Shown: positions 1 to 12,812, counted from the first letter of the stretch. The stretch: DNA of 64,000 nucleotides from Lophium mytilinum (GCA_010093605.1 MU004181.1:310001-374000), one strand, 5' to 3'. The notes: a model not told the origin generated them from the letters alone. Numbers and translations are program-made.

Positions 1-2130
1 TCGACCTCGTGCACATGGAACCTGTCATTCTATTCCCAAGAAACCCCCGTCAACTAATGCTGGTCTGCTTTTCAAGCATAATCGTGCAACGGCGCTCATA
101 CTCAAATCTGGCACCCGTAGTTGATTCCGCACCCAGGACATCGCCGCTCATACAACCAGTATCACCTCGAACATGCGCGACAGTCCGAGAACCTCCCTTT
201 GCAAGTTCGTCGCCTCATCGCCGTTTCGTTCCTCGTTTCTCGTCCCTCGTCCCCTCAACACCTGGCTACCGCGCTCCACCTCTACACGTTCCCAGAATTG
301 CACCACCACGGTCCTCGTTTGCCCGTCCAAACTTTACGTTCGAAGCCCATAGCATCGCCAATCTCGCATTCAGAAGGGTGCAAAACTACTGAATTAGGGC
401 GTCCGCCCAAATACAACTGCCCCGATGAGGAGGAGCTCGAATGGAGACGGGTCCTCCGCTTCGCTTCGGATATCTCTATGTCTTTCTCCGGCGTTATTGC
501 GGCTCGATACGACCCATCCAATCCTGAGAATATCCATCGGCAGTAGGCTTCAAGATTGAAAGGGCCGGCACTTCGTGGGGACACAATACCAACATTCCAT
601 TTCTTGCGATAGAGCTCGTTCTCAAGCGCCGAGCCGGCATCGTGCTTGGCCACCCGCGAAAAGAGGACATTCTTCGCGCGCACTATAGCCTCATGGCTGT
701 AGGTGGGATGAACACCATGCGCATCCTCGCTCGCTGGAAGCTTCACGACGACCGCGGAGAGCAGGCTGCCGATCGTTTGAGCCGACGTTTCAGCATGACC
801 TCGTGACAAGTTTGTGGAATTCCGTTCACCTGCCGAAGGTGACCGGGATGGCGGCATTGGGCATTGTGAGGGGAGAGGCATTCTTCCGTCTGCGCCTCAA
901 CTTGCGCAGCTTCGACGTCGCCGACAATCGGGTCGCTGACCGTGTGGGGAATCTGTTTCCACTCTTCCTTGAGTTCGTGACGGGTTCTGCTGAAATGGAA
1001 TGGAACACTAGATGAGGTTTGGCTCTGTGTACCACGTCAGATGCTAGGTTGGAAACTCCTTCACGCTGACGGTTTTGAGGATGATGGGGAGGGCGAAACG
1101 GAGGGGAGTGAGGCACAGCATGGTGTGACGGTCACTGAAAACGAGGAAAGAGAAAAGAGACTTCACTCAAGGTTGAGTAGGAGTCATTGAGGGGGTAGTT
1201 TGATGCTGGAAATGTTGTCTTTCTTGCTTCCCTTTCCATCTTTCCTTCGTTTTCTCATGAAAATAGGAAGGTTTCCAGCAGAACTACTCTCCCTTTCATT
1301 CAGGGCCGCAGAATCCCTCGCAAGGAATGCACCCTTAAGATCAGCCTCGTGATGCGCGATGATTGCCAACTAGCTAACACCGTCAACATATTCCTGAGAA
1401 TGCGTAAAGATGGGATGTATACTTCACCGGGGACAGGTTCAGGAATGGAGATGCGTCATTCGCCACACCAATATAGAGGACCTTCGCAAAGACATGGTAT
1501 TTAAGTAAGCAGATGATCTCAGTACTCTCATGTCGATGTTGAAGATTTGGAAATTACCGTAAAGTTCATCACCTTTTACCAGATTTGAAAGCCGCCAATG
1601 ACCTTCCAACGTCGCAAAAGGGCGAACCATTCCGCCTCTGCGATGGGCTCGTATGAAGAAGATGCGAGAATCGTTCCTCTCTAAGAGCAAGGGCTTCCGC
1701 TTCAATGTCGTAGTGTAGCGATCGTCTGCAGTTGGCGACGGGGTTGGCGGCCAGGCTGCGCTGCCGGGGGTGTCCTCCCCGTCTAGCCTACGCCCCAGAC
1801 ATGCCGACCAAGCGCCTATATACAATGGATCAATGGATTCTCATCCTCATCAGAGGTGCCATCGAAGGCTTTGCTGCTGCGCAGCGTAATCCTCACCTGC
1901 CCAGTGCTCCCTCTGCCATACCGCCCGCCCACCGCGGGGGCTCGCCCCAACCCCGTGACCCTCCCCAAAACCCCGATGACGTCCCCAACTCCCCCAAACC
2001 GCACACGGCAAGCACCACACCCGCACCCCGGCTCGGGTGGGGCCTCCCTTCCTCCCCAGTCGCAAATCTCTACCAGGCGTCAGGGCTCCTGCCATATATA
2101 CAGCAACATTCGACGAATCTCCAAATCAAC

Positions 2131-2211
2131 GGTTGAGTGGCGCAGTGGGAGCGCACCCGTCGCTTACTGGGTTGCGACGGGAGGTTGCGGGTTCGATTCC
2201 CGTCTCAGCTC
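2131..2211 (+). tRNA. tRNA-like element (aberrant anticodon arm; probable Pol III promoter/leader, not a decoding tRNA)
   Basis: Acceptor stem GGTTGAG/CTCAGCT. D arm GCGC-AGTGGGA-GCGC with A box TGGCGCAGTGG. T arm GCGGG-TTCGATT-CCCGT with B box GGTTCGATTCC. Anticodon arm is an 8-bp stem CCCGTCGC/GCGACGGG with a 10-nt loop and no U33. TATATA lies about 30-35 nt upstream. Confidence 0.8.
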
Positions 2212-2264
2212 AAGTCTAGGTGCTATGGTCGATGACCCGTCAGCCATAGCACCTAGATTTTTTT
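2212..2264 (+). ncRNA. pre-miRNA-like hairpin immediately 3' of the tRNA-like element, ending in an oligo-T Pol III terminator
   Basis: Perfect 14-bp stem TCTAGGTGCTATGG (2215-2228) / CCATAGCACCTAGA (2244-2257), extendable to about 22 bp with G.U pairs and one mismatch. T7 run at 2258-2264. Confidence 0.7.
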
Positions 2265-2957
2265 CTTTTTGGATTTTTGTTACCAAGCGTGGGGATGGGG
2301 AATCTTTTTTTGTGGTGGAGGGCATTCTTTTTGGTGGGAGGGATGCTTTTTGGTGGGGTGAGGCGGGCGGGGGATGAGGCGGGAAGGTAGGTACGGGGAT
2401 GGGCGGGGGTGGATTGGGGCCGCGGAGGTGCAATGCATCTACTGGCACCACCCCATAAGCGTTTAAAGGTCTAGATAGATGATGCACATGTATTGGGCTA
2501 CCATTTGATTGGTATAGGAGTTCGTCGCTGAGGTGCTCCTCACAGTGGTGTCGTGCGAGCATGGGCGGAGCCCAGGCAGAGAGATATCCGCGTGCCTAAG
2601 AGTCTCATCAAGTGATGTGTGTTAATATGTTAGCTGAAAGCAGCGCTCTTTATATCTACCCTCGCAATAGAGCGTTCTGCAGAGGATCAAGGTTGCTTGT
2701 AGGGAGACACGGTGAGTCTTGCTGGCACCGACGTCAACCACATGATCAGAACACCAGCTGCATCTCACGATACTGATCATAGGTCTCAAGCTTCATTACA
2801 GGCCAAAATAAAGAAGCTCAAGTAATCTAGGATCTCTCGTGGAAGGAATGCATCACCCCAAGTTTGATCTTTCATCCGTCAACCATTTCCGGGCATTACG
2901 CAACATCAGGGTCCCACAAACTTTCCATGACTCGCGCAGATCCTAAGCCCAGAAGAT

Positions 2958-4227
2958 CTAATACAGACAGCGAGAAGTCGGGTGAGCGACATGGGCCACT
3001 ACCCAGAGACGAGCCCGTCTAGGAGTATGCCCTTCCAGCATGGCCCGGTTGTAAACGTCGAAGAGCCCGGGGAAGTCTTCGGCCAGCTTCTTACACCGCC
3101 AGGCAATTTTGAGCGCGTCTAGGTCTTGGGCCGACTGGTTCGTATACACTCCGTCGTAATCCGCTTCGAACCCCAGTCTTCCACTGTTCCTGAGGCCTTG
3201 CAGGTAGAGGCCGATACGCTCAACGAGAGCCCCCACGTACCAAGAGAGGCCTTTGGCAAACCAATCGCCACGTCCGTTCCATTCGTTGTTTGAGTTCCCT
3301 GCAAAGGTGAGCATCTTGAGGGCTGGGGACGCCTCGAGAAGCGCGATAGCCTCCCGAGCGTTCGTCATCGACACGGCATAATCGAGAATGACGACCTTCT
3401 CGATTTTGCGCGCAGGCAGCGTAGTGACCAGGGACGACGAAGCCGCGGGCTTGTAGAGGCGAACGACGTCCGCCCAGTCTCCCTCGGAGTGGGTCACCAG
3501 AGCCCAAAAGCGGTCCTCGACCTCTTTTTCTTCAAAGAATCCCCCCTCATGGTATCCCTTGAAGTGCAGCAGAGTTCTGTAGGTGACGACGGGTGTGGGA
3601 TTCCCAGAGATTGTAAGCACCCATGGTCCCGAGCTTGTCTTGACATATTTTAGGACGCCCGGCTGCTCGTCCTTGAAGATAAAGGTTAGGGTGTTCATGC
3701 GGAGCTCCGCCGGAAGGTCTCTCAAGGGGAAGAGAATGGCTTGTAGTAGGGCAGGGGCGTCGACCTGGTGCTGAATTAGCATGACCACCATCGCGATGCG
3801 GGGAAAATAGGTCTTACTGCGCTGATGATCTGAGAGGCCGCCGCATTGGCCTTGAAGAGGCGGCCATGGCGCTTCACGCTGCGCTTTGGGGTGCTCTGCT
3901 TGCGCGCGCTCTTCGAGACATAGAGGCACTGCGCAGCCTTCGAGAGTCGGCCACGGAAGAGGATGGCTCTCTTCCGGAAGACGCTCGCTTTGAAGTCGAG
4001 TCCTTTGGCATTGCGGGGCGAAGGACGGCGAGTGGCTCCAGCGCGGCAGACAACTTGCGCGGGCATCGTCGTTGACTGTCACGTATTAGACCCAGCGGGC
4101 TCCTAGGCTTTGTTGCTGAAGTACGTACGGGGGAGGCCAGTGGCAGCGGGGCCAAGTCCTGCTCACGGTCTGCGACCATGGCGGCGGGGCTTGGTGAAGT
4201 AGTTTTCGGAGTCAACGACGGGGCCAT
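2958..4227 (-). CDS. F-box-like protein, family A (divergent member), 3 exons
   Basis: ATG 4227. Phase-0 introns 4128-4076 (GTACGT..CTAAT..CAG) and 3817-3771/3765 (GTAAGA..GCTAAT..CAG). Spliced ORF about 387 aa with LRDLPAELRMNTLTFIF motif. Confidence 0.65.
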
Positions 4228-4810
4228 ACTGAGGATGATAGACCTGCGCAGGCGGAGGATGAGGGATTGGTGTGGTGGAGTGGAGGGTAGGGGAAGGAGG
4301 TTGAGGTGGAGAATTTGGCGGCGAGCTGCGGCGGCGGCGCGGGGGTGGTCTCGAGAACGCGTCGGTCACTGGATCAACGACCAAGGCTCGAAGCACTCAG
4401 CATGCCTAGTCACCTAACACAGAGGCCATCATGAAGCACTGTATGAGATAAAGCGAGATATGCTACAGCAATAAGACTTACTTGCTTAACTGATGGAGAT
4501 TGGCTGAAGACGTGACCTGCCATCAAAGTCACGGGGTCTTCCCAACCTACACGATGGTGCGTAGACGTTCGAACTCTAGCTAATCATTCTCGAAAGATGT
4601 GCAGATCGCCTCTTTGATAGCTCAAGAGCAGACAGACTTTAGTCGCCTACGTGTGCTGCAACGCGCATCTATGTTCAAGCAGGCGTACCTATATACCAAG
4701 ACAGTATCGAGCAAGAGCGGGTGTAGTTCGGGGGGATGTTGGTGGGGCTATTCGTAGCACGTGCAGCTAGCCCGGAAACGGTTCGTCAAAACAACGCCCC
4801 ACTCTAAGGG

Positions 4811-4817
4811 TATATAT
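4811..4817 (+). promoter_or_regulatory. TATA box of the U6-like gene
   Basis: TATATAT 30 nt upstream of the U6-like 5' end. B-box-like GGATCGAGCC at 4982-4991 downstream of the terminator, as in fungal U6 genes. Confidence 0.6.
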
Positions 4818-4840
4818 TTACTTTATTTTCGAATCCTCCC

Positions 4841-4943
4841 GCCTTCGGGCATTTGAGTCGTATTGAAACCAGCCGGAGAAGATTAGCATGGCCCCTGCAC
4901 TAAGGATGACACGCCCTATCAAAGAGGTTGCTTCAAATTTTTT
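4841..4943 (+). ncRNA. U6: U6 spliceosomal snRNA variant (ACAGAGA box replaced by CCGGAGA)
   Basis: 5' stem-loop GCCTTCGGGC. Core GAGAAGATTAGCATGGCCCCTGCACTAAGGATGACACGC matches fungal U6. AAAGAG helix II segment and oligo-T end (4938-4946) present. Confidence 0.9.
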
Positions 4944-6623
4944 TTTCTTTTTTGCTTTTGCATGCGTGCGCGAGGGATTGGGGATCGAGCCTTAGAGGCT
5001 GCGGCTTTCTTTTTGTACAAACGGTGCTTTATGTTCTTGTATCTGAGTTCCTGGTCGTTGGCGAGCCGACGAAGGTGCTGCGTTTACCTTCAACACTCAT
5101 CTGATCCACACGATTCTTTTGCTTCTGACCTTTTTACTTCATCGATCTCTTGAGCATGCATTACCCTGGCTGAGTGGTCAGGTAGTTGCAAAACGCTTCT
5201 TTTTGGGTTGAAATTACTGAGGACGTACTTATCCCGACTCGCAACCCAGAACCAGACTAGGCAATAAAAGACATTTACATCACACATCAGCTCTCCTTCT
5301 CTACAGCCAAACTTCAGGAAATAGATCCTGCATCAGCTACATGCTACTGATTCTCAAACACGATGCGCGTCCTCCGTGAAAGCAGTTGTTGTAGCATAGC
5401 GTTTGGCGCTTTCTACAATGTCCGCCGAATCCGCCTCTGGAACGGGAACAACGGATCCGCCTCGTTGATAGAGATGCTAATTGATAATGGGTGGGATCAT
5501 GGTACTCATATACTTCGGCTAGCGCCCCCTTTATCACATTTGGCTCGCAAGAGCGATGCTGGAGTAGCAGAGAATGGTCACTTGCAATGGACGTCAGGGA
5601 AGAATGAGCTGGAAACCGTGGATGAAGGTGAGGTTATATACAAGATAGCTCCCACCGCTACTCCCTAACATTGTCGCATATCCATCGGCGCAGTGCGACG
5701 CTTCTATCGCGATGTGTGACCCCCTTTTTAAGCTCCTCCTAGATAATGTGCCATTCCAGACCATAGATGTTCACAAGCTGTACAAGCTCCTTGACTTAGA
5801 AGTGGTGGGGAGACCCTTCAGGTCGTCGTTGCGGAGGGCATAGTGAAAAGGTAAGGAGCTCATGTTCTCAAATACGAGAGGGACTTCTCGACCCGCTTCA
5901 GGCTCCGTGACGTTCTGGGTCGGCATAGCTTCGTTCCACTCTTCTGCTTCGCCTGAATTTGTAGAAGTGCGTTCAGAGAGCCCGTTGGCGAAAACATTAC
6001 ACGTATCACACGCAACGGCTCGAGCTTGGAAAGGTGATTGCAGCGCATCATGCCAGCGTTCTGCGCCAGATGCGTCAGAGCTGGGCTAGTGAGAGCAGAG
6101 CATGGCGCTGATGCAGAGCTCATACGTCAGCAGTTGGCCTTGTCTAATTGACGAGACGAGGGCATGCTTCTTGCCCCTCCGCTTGTATGGTGATGGCCAC
6201 CGGTGAATGTCGAGTGCATGAATTGCAGCTACGTGGCGTTGGGTTCGATGATATAGCTTGTGTATGGGGAAGAAGAGGTTGATCGGAGAAGGAGTGGTAC
6301 CTACCTGTGTACTTACTATCCGGCCCCTCTACTACCCGTTACTTAGCATGTCGGTATTGCGAAAGGAGGTCGTTGATTAGGAATCGGGCTATGGAAATCT
6401 AATGAACTTCATTCGTAGGCAATTTTCGCGTTAGCACAGAAAGATGTTGATTGTGTAATCTTCATGTGATTGTTGTTTTAGCTACATTCCCTAGAGGAAA
6501 TATGCCATGACTATGGAAAGGGGTGCAGGAGCTAGACCGAGTAATCAGAAAACAGAGAGAGCAGCCTACCTCCTCCCCATCCCCCCTCGCAATGCTCGGC
6601 TTCATGTCCTGAAGCGCAAGAAG

Positions 6624-7593
6624 CTAGTCGGCTGCCGAAGTCTCCTTGCTCAATCGCTGAGCACGACCTTGCTCAAACCTGTTGTCGAGGCAGCGGGGGA
6701 CTCTTCCTGCCATCTCCAACACTCGCACACTCTCCTCCTTGTTGTGATATATATGTGTGTGCCAGTTGACGACTGACATGTGTACATTACTCAGGTACCT
6801 CAGTTTGTACTCATCACTCGCTTTAGCTTTTAGCATGGATAGGGGTGCGGTCGAGAGGATGAGTGCCCGCTGGTTCTCCTCACGTTGGTACCACATGTCT
6901 CTCCCGCGTTTGTATGTAGGGTCCGTCGGCGCCCCAACCGTCAGCGACGTCGGCGAAGCGTCTTCGATCATCGCCCAAATCGTCGCCCAACTCGGGCCTT
7001 GAGGATTGTCGAACTCCATGACCTCGACGTGGCGGGCACGTTCAGATCTGACGATGCGCGAGTCGCTGTAGTAGTTGTAGAGGGCGCTCATGTTGGAGAA
7101 AGCATGAGGGACGAAGCGTAGCTCTTCCTTCTTCACAATTTCTTGGAGGGACGGCGCGGCCTGCACTAGGCTTGCAATACCGGGCAGAATGTTGGCAGCC
7201 TGCCACGTGCCGGATTGGACGAATATGGGGCCGTCTCCTTCTAAGCACGCTGCGCAGATTGTACCCAAGGTTTCGGCGGGAAGTTTCAGGAGCTCCTCCG
7301 GTTTGCACCTTGAGTACGACGGGGCGCTGATTGGGGACATTGGGGCGAGGATGAGGCGGCTCTCGGAGCCAGTGACTCGAGCCCAGAGGGTCTGCGCGAG
7401 GGCGGCGAGGAACAGATACATCCTAAAGATGAAGCTCTTTTGATCATATTAGCAAGACTGTGTTAGTGTCAAAGTTAGGACCTGGAGCACATACCGCATC
7501 CGTTTCTGCTTCTTGCTTGACAGCAGGGTCACTGGCAACGGACTGGCCATTGGGGTGAAGAGCCGAGGGAACGAGATCCGACGGAGGCGCCAT
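6624..7593 (-). CDS. F-box-like protein, family A
   Basis: ATG 7593. 99-nt exon 1, then intron 7494-7437 (GTATGT..GCTAAT..AAG; acceptor uncertain). Motifs LLKLPAETLGTIC, IWAMIEDASPTSLTV, EYKLRY and LDNRFEQ are shared with paralogs. Confidence 0.65.
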
Positions 7594-8568
7594 CTGAGCT
7601 GAGTGTGTTGATGATGGGCTGAGTAGAAGGACGATCAGGTAGATGGAGGCTGTGGAAGTAGGAGGACGCGGGGCTGAGGAAGTTCGAAGCCGCAACGAGT
7701 GCTCGCGCGATATGCAAAATGTCTGCCAAGCTAAAGGGCTTTGTGCAGCCGGCACAAGCACATGCAAAGCCGCATCAGGCCATAGGATGAACGAGCAGGA
7801 GGATGACGCAATAGCAGTTTTCTGGGAGAGGGGTGAAGGTGCTGCAGTCAATGTGACAGTCGCAGCGCGCTCGACAAGCATACCCCTCTTCAGTGCCAAA
7901 TACTTCCACTGGGGACGCAAGGGATGGAATCAGAAACGCCCTTCCAAAGATGGTTGAGTATGATAGCTTTGAGCCTCAATTACACTGTTCCTTCTACCAA
8001 TAGCGCCAATTTTGACAGGCACCGTTTCCTCGGTCCCACAAAGATACCTTTGTGTCACACATCAAAACATGATGAAGAGATCACGTTCGCTGTTGGTTTG
8101 CCAGCGCATTGAAATCTCCTCCAATATAGCATCTCATTGGCGCCCAGCATGATACCGTCAAGTCCGGCAGGACCATGCAATCGAGGCAATAAACTTTGTG
8201 ACTGATAATAATCTCATTTGCTTGCATCCCATTCCCTATCCACCCATTCATCCCCCCAATTCGGCCTCCAATTGCGAATGGCTTGGTGCATGATACCCAT
8301 CATTAAATCCATCCTGCCTATGCAAACACCATGCAAGATCATCGCAAAGTGAAGTCAAAACGAGAATTAAGATGAGGATCAAACCAACACAGCCTAACAC
8401 GACAGTCCGAGACGGAGTTCAGAGCTCGGAGGGGCGCAATCGTCCAAGGAAAGGAGACCAATTGGACGACCTTAGGAATCCGTAAAGCCCCGTCCGAGCG
8501 ATTGCCTCTCGCCATTTTGTGAGGACGATACTGTCTCCATGGTTAGTTGCAGTTTCGTCTCCACATTC

Positions 8569-9039
8569 TCACGTGGCATTGTCGTCTAATTGATCTTCCT
8601 CTTCCTCGTGCTTCCTAGCAAGATCAGTGCACGCATCTCGGACTTCTTGGAGCGCGGGCGTCTCCCTTTCAGGCAGATCTCTCTCAAACCCTCGAGCTTG
8701 ACTTTCGTATCGTCCAAAAAACCTTTCAATACTCTCAACGCGTACCACTACCGGCGAAATCAAGGCATGGGACAGTAGAAATCGACAGAATAGCAGCGTC
8801 TTGGTCTGCCCAATATCCTGGAGAAGGCAATCGATTTCGTTGTCGGGCATTGGAGTCGATTTCCCAATCGATTTGAATATCATTGCAATCGTTCGAGTCC
8901 AAGTGGCGTTCTGGTGTATCGCAGCGAGGAGGGCGGACGCGGGGACCGACTCTGTAGCGCCATTGTCTTGCTGAGCTGTGATATGGGTAGGACGTTCGCG
9001 ATCACGGGATGGTCCCAGAAACTGGGTAGAATCCAGCAA
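8569..9039 (-). pseudogene. fragment of a conserved fungal hypothetical protein
   Basis: LLFCRFLLSHA...PALQEVRDACTDL resembles a motif I recall from a fungal uncharacterised family; only a short piece is present. Not verified. Confidence 0.35.
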
Positions 9040-9399
9040 ACAAGTCGTTGATGAGTTGTGCTTCGACCAGAAACGATACCTACAAGCAAGTCAGCCGGGT
9101 AGAGCAGCGGCGCCAGATGGGTAATTTCAGGCTGCCCAAGCCAGTCTAGGAAACTTACATGGTAAAGAATGCACAGGAGAAAAAGACCATCCAGAAGAAG
9201 CCGCGTCCAAACCGCACCACACCCAAACCAAACACTCAATCACCTTTAATCCCGTACGCCAGGGGCACGTGCTGGAGATCTAGGAACCCTCATCTCTGAT
9301 CTCTTGCGTGCACATGGGCTGGAATCGTTTCCACATCATTGAAGCTGTCGCGGAGTGGCTTGGTGGTCGTCTCCCCGTCTACGCTACGACACGCCATTA

Positions 9400-10370
9400 T
9401 CACGCCCATGTTTCACCTGTCGGGTTTAATGGAGATTCGGAAAGGTGAGAAGGAGAGTAGAATGTAAGGAAGGCTGGTGTTGATATACGCATCCGGCATG
9501 AATGTGAGGGCCATGCGGACGATTGGCTCGAACATGGTGCGGACGACATTATCGCTGATGCAGACCTAAAGGTTACTGCAATTCGCATCTTCCCAATTCT
9601 CGTCCCACTTGCGGTGCTTCTCTTGCGCCCATCAGTTATTTCCAGGGCTCGGCCACCAGTCCCACATGACTCGTTTCTCAAACTCGGTCTTGCGTCCGCC
9701 AACTTCTTCCCATAGTGCAACTTGCACGTCGTCAATGTCCTCCCAAGCCGTCAAGCGAGCGCTCTCTGGAAGCGAGGCACTATGTCGCATTCGAAACCGG
9801 AACGGTGGCGGATCAGGAAGCAGCCAAAAGCGAGTGGACTTCGCCGTCAACACACTCCAAAGAGATTGCAAGAAACCAATCCATCATCCATTCGCTCGAT
9901 CAGAGAGCCATTGTCTAGAGGCAGCAAGATCTCGCAATCAAGGTCGAGTTAGTCTCCGGTCTCGTCGCCATCGTAATTCATTTCGTCTAAGCCAGCGCCG
10001 TCGCCACTATTGCCGGCAGTATCTTCATACGACTCTTGCCCTTGATACTCTTTTCCATGCCCTTGGTCACCTTTTTGGAAGTTGTAATGGCCTTCCTCGA
10101 GATCTGGCGCATGATTCTTGTCAAAGCCATCACCAGAGTAAAACCCAGCTTCGTGCTCGAACTAGCCTGCCTGCTGCGTATTGCCAAGCTTATAGGGCTA
10201 CTCAGATCCGCCTTTAACATCTTGCTCTGTGTCGTGCTTGGTACCGGTGTTCAACGGTTGTGCAACCTCTTTCTCGAATTTGAAGTCTCGGTCGTAATCG
10301 TCCTCTCTTTTCTGCTACCGATGCCGGCATTTTGGATGGGTGCTTGCCGGAGCAGTCATCGTCGGGTGGG
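9400..10370 (-). pseudogene. degraded coding-like sequence, acidic, with several in-frame stops
   Basis: Protein-like frames (…EREDDYDRDFKFEKEV…, …AWEDIDDVQVALWEEV…) are interrupted by TAG/TGA/TAA. Confidence 0.3.
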
Positions 10371-11229
10371 TGGTGGCGGCCTTTTCCATGGTCTGGGGGC
10401 GGCGTGTGAGGAAGATGCAGTAGTTGTCTTGATTAGCTTCGGCGGAGAAGGTTCTTGGATAGTCTCATACGGAACGTTGTAGGGAGCTTCGGACGGGATG
10501 AGGGGATTGCCATCTTGACGCGGTTAGATTGGCTTTCGCGATGTCCTTCATGTCCCCTAGGCTATTTGGAAGGATGAGAAGACTTGGATCTCGATCTTGA
10601 CCTGTGCTGTTCTCCATCAATAGGTTTGGGGACTGCAAGATTGAAGAGCGTCCGGTTGCCTAGCCGTCGAAAGAACACTTCTGCTTTCGCTTTTACGAAC
10701 CTCTAGGGACCTGTCCACCGGAGCCTGACTTGTGGCGATCCATGATTGCTGGCTGGGACGACCTGGGATGGGGGGTGGAATTGACTAAAGCGCAAGATTC
10801 GGTTGACGAGAGGAGGTTCCTCCTGAACATGCCCGCGGTATGTTCGATGGATTGCTCATTGCTCGATGAGCACGTCGGCCATGCATTGTGCTGAAGGTGT
10901 TACCATTTGTATTGTTCCTGAGCCTCTTAATAATCTTAGAGCGTCGATGGCTAATACCGCGAACCATTAGGAATCCCAAAGGTACCCTGTGAATTCTTTC
11001 CACAGTCGCATGTCTCAGCGGTATGAGCCAGTCTTCAGAAGCCATCCCCACAGAAGCTATTCCCCGCGACGCCGTCGCCCCCGAGACTTTGTTGTAGCGA
11101 GTGGCTGGATGAAGTTTCCCGTCACGAAACACTGTTCCTTCGAGAAGAAGGTTCAAGCCGCTGAAGATACTTGCGGCAAGTCCCCAAGATGGCAGGTAGG
11201 TTTGCAGCGGGCGCGTCGACCGAGATGAG

Positions 11230-11532
11230 GATTCCCATACCAAACTGCAACTTGTTGCGGTAAGCTGCATCTCCGGTAACTGTTTCCGTAGTTCCTAGAA
11301 CACGGGGTCTTTTAGATCAGTGGCCCAAGGTCGGAGGTGAAGATTTACTCACGGTTTGCTTCAACTCTACACGCGCGCGTTCGTAGACAATTACCTTCTG
11401 TCGCATCACTTCGAGGTCGTTACGCTGTTCGCGGAGGTTTTGTTCGGCTTTCAAGAGCTGTGAGTGTTTAACTTCTAGAACGTTGAGCTGGCTTTGAAGA
11501 TGTTTCCCCTCTTCCATAGCGTCGGCCTCCAT
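11230..11532 (-). CDS. 5' exons of a hypothetical coiled-coil protein (3' end unresolved)
   Basis: MEADAMEEGKHLQSQLNVLEVKHSQLLKAEQNLREQRNDLEV has a heptad pattern. A GTGAGT donor near 11351 is followed by an in-frame exon ELRKQLPEMQ. Confidence 0.35.
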
Positions 11533-12268
11533 GTCAAGCGCTATGAGACCATGCACAGTAAGGGAGAAAGGTAGGCAACTCCTAGGTTCAGGAAGCTGCA
11601 AAATACAAGGGAGTGGTCAGTAAGCGAGAAGATGGGGCGGACGCAAATGCTTGTTCCGCGCTTGAAGTTACAGTGAAATGACAGTGGTGAAGTGAGTGCT
11701 CCTCGCTTAACAGTAGGTGAGATGAAAGGGGTGAAGTGTGAATCACATTATTCCAATGGTAAAGGCTATGCGAGTAAGACGTAGTGACTACTACGCAGAG
11801 TTTGAAATTGAGCAGCGCCGGCCAGGCACATCAAGTCTTCTTGTGGCGTTCCCAGTGTTCCTTCTGACAGGCCTTTGAGTAACACTTGACGCATGAGTAG
11901 CCGGTGCAGATGCGGAGGCCTTCGGGTTCTCGCAGACGCGGTAGCATAGTCGAGGTTCGGGGGAGTAGACAGCGTAGGGGTGCAGATTGATGCCCGAAAA
12001 ACGGAACGTCGCCGCAAGGAAATACAAGATGAGCCTCCGGGCCGGACGGAGAGGTGCCACATGAGCACGCCGACTGGACGGCGTCGCGCAGAACATGCGG
12101 GGTGAGCTTGTTCTACGGCGCACACGACATGGGGCGTGAGCTTGTTCTGCGTTACCCCGGTCTGCGGCGTCAATTTGTTCTCTAGGCCTCGGGACAGTCG
12201 TAGTAGTATCTCGAGCTGGTAGACGCAGCGGACGTGTCGGACGCGTCGCAAACTTCGGCATGGACACG

Positions 12269-12430
12269 CTCGAAGGCAAAGGTGAGGTGTCCGGCAGACA
12301 TGATGAATGGCTGCAGGTTCTGCGAATGACTAGATGTCGGTGAGAGGGACTCGAAGGCGAAGGTGAGGTGTCCGGTAGACATGATGAATGGCTGCAGGTT
12401 CTGTGAATGACCAGATGTCGATGAGACGGA
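12269..12430. repeat. tandem duplication, 81-bp period x2
   Basis: CTCGAAGGCRAAGGTGAGGTGTCCGGYAGACATGATGAATGGCTGCAGGTTCTG at 12269 and 12350. Confidence 0.9.
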
Positions 12431-12812
12431 CGAAGATTTTCGAGAACTTGGCGGAGAGGTATACCGCTGGAATTACCATGGGCGTGCGCGATACGGGCGA
12501 GTGACCTAGTGACATGGAGGATGAGCGCGAGTCGTTCCATGATCATGAAGGTGGACAAAAGGAGTGGAACCGTGCTTGCTGAGAAGGAGGTGCGCTTTGT
12601 AGCAAAGAGAAAAACGGAGGTGCGGTGACAAGGACTTGTATCTGCTCCGGGACAACCCCGGCTATAAGCGAGCCTCTAACTCTTTTTGGCTGGATATCAG
12701 AGAAGCTGAGTTCGTGGAGAACTTACCTTCGTGCTGTACTCTGACAGGCTACAAGACTGGGCACACTATTTCGCCACTGCCGGGGGTTCTCCACAGCATC
12801 TTGAAGATCCAA

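Noticed and set aside
1565..1590. ACCTTTTACCAGA resembling U5 snRNA loop 1
   Set aside because: The first G is missing, the flanks do not form the U5 stem, there is no Sm site, and it lies in a minus-strand ORF.
282..1825. Minus-strand ORFs at 282-881, 826-1116, 1184-1369 and 1439-1825
   Set aside because: Possibly exons of hypothetical genes, but I could not build a consistent spliced model or recognise a domain.
2156..2181. Reading the tRNA-like element as tRNA-Lys(CTT) with an intron, or as a TTA ochre suppressor
   Set aside because: Needs G at position 33 or a shifted loop; the arm folds better as an 8-bp stem, so no anticodon is assigned.
5330..6130. Coding-like + strand stretch
   Set aside because: Multiple stops and no recognisable motif.
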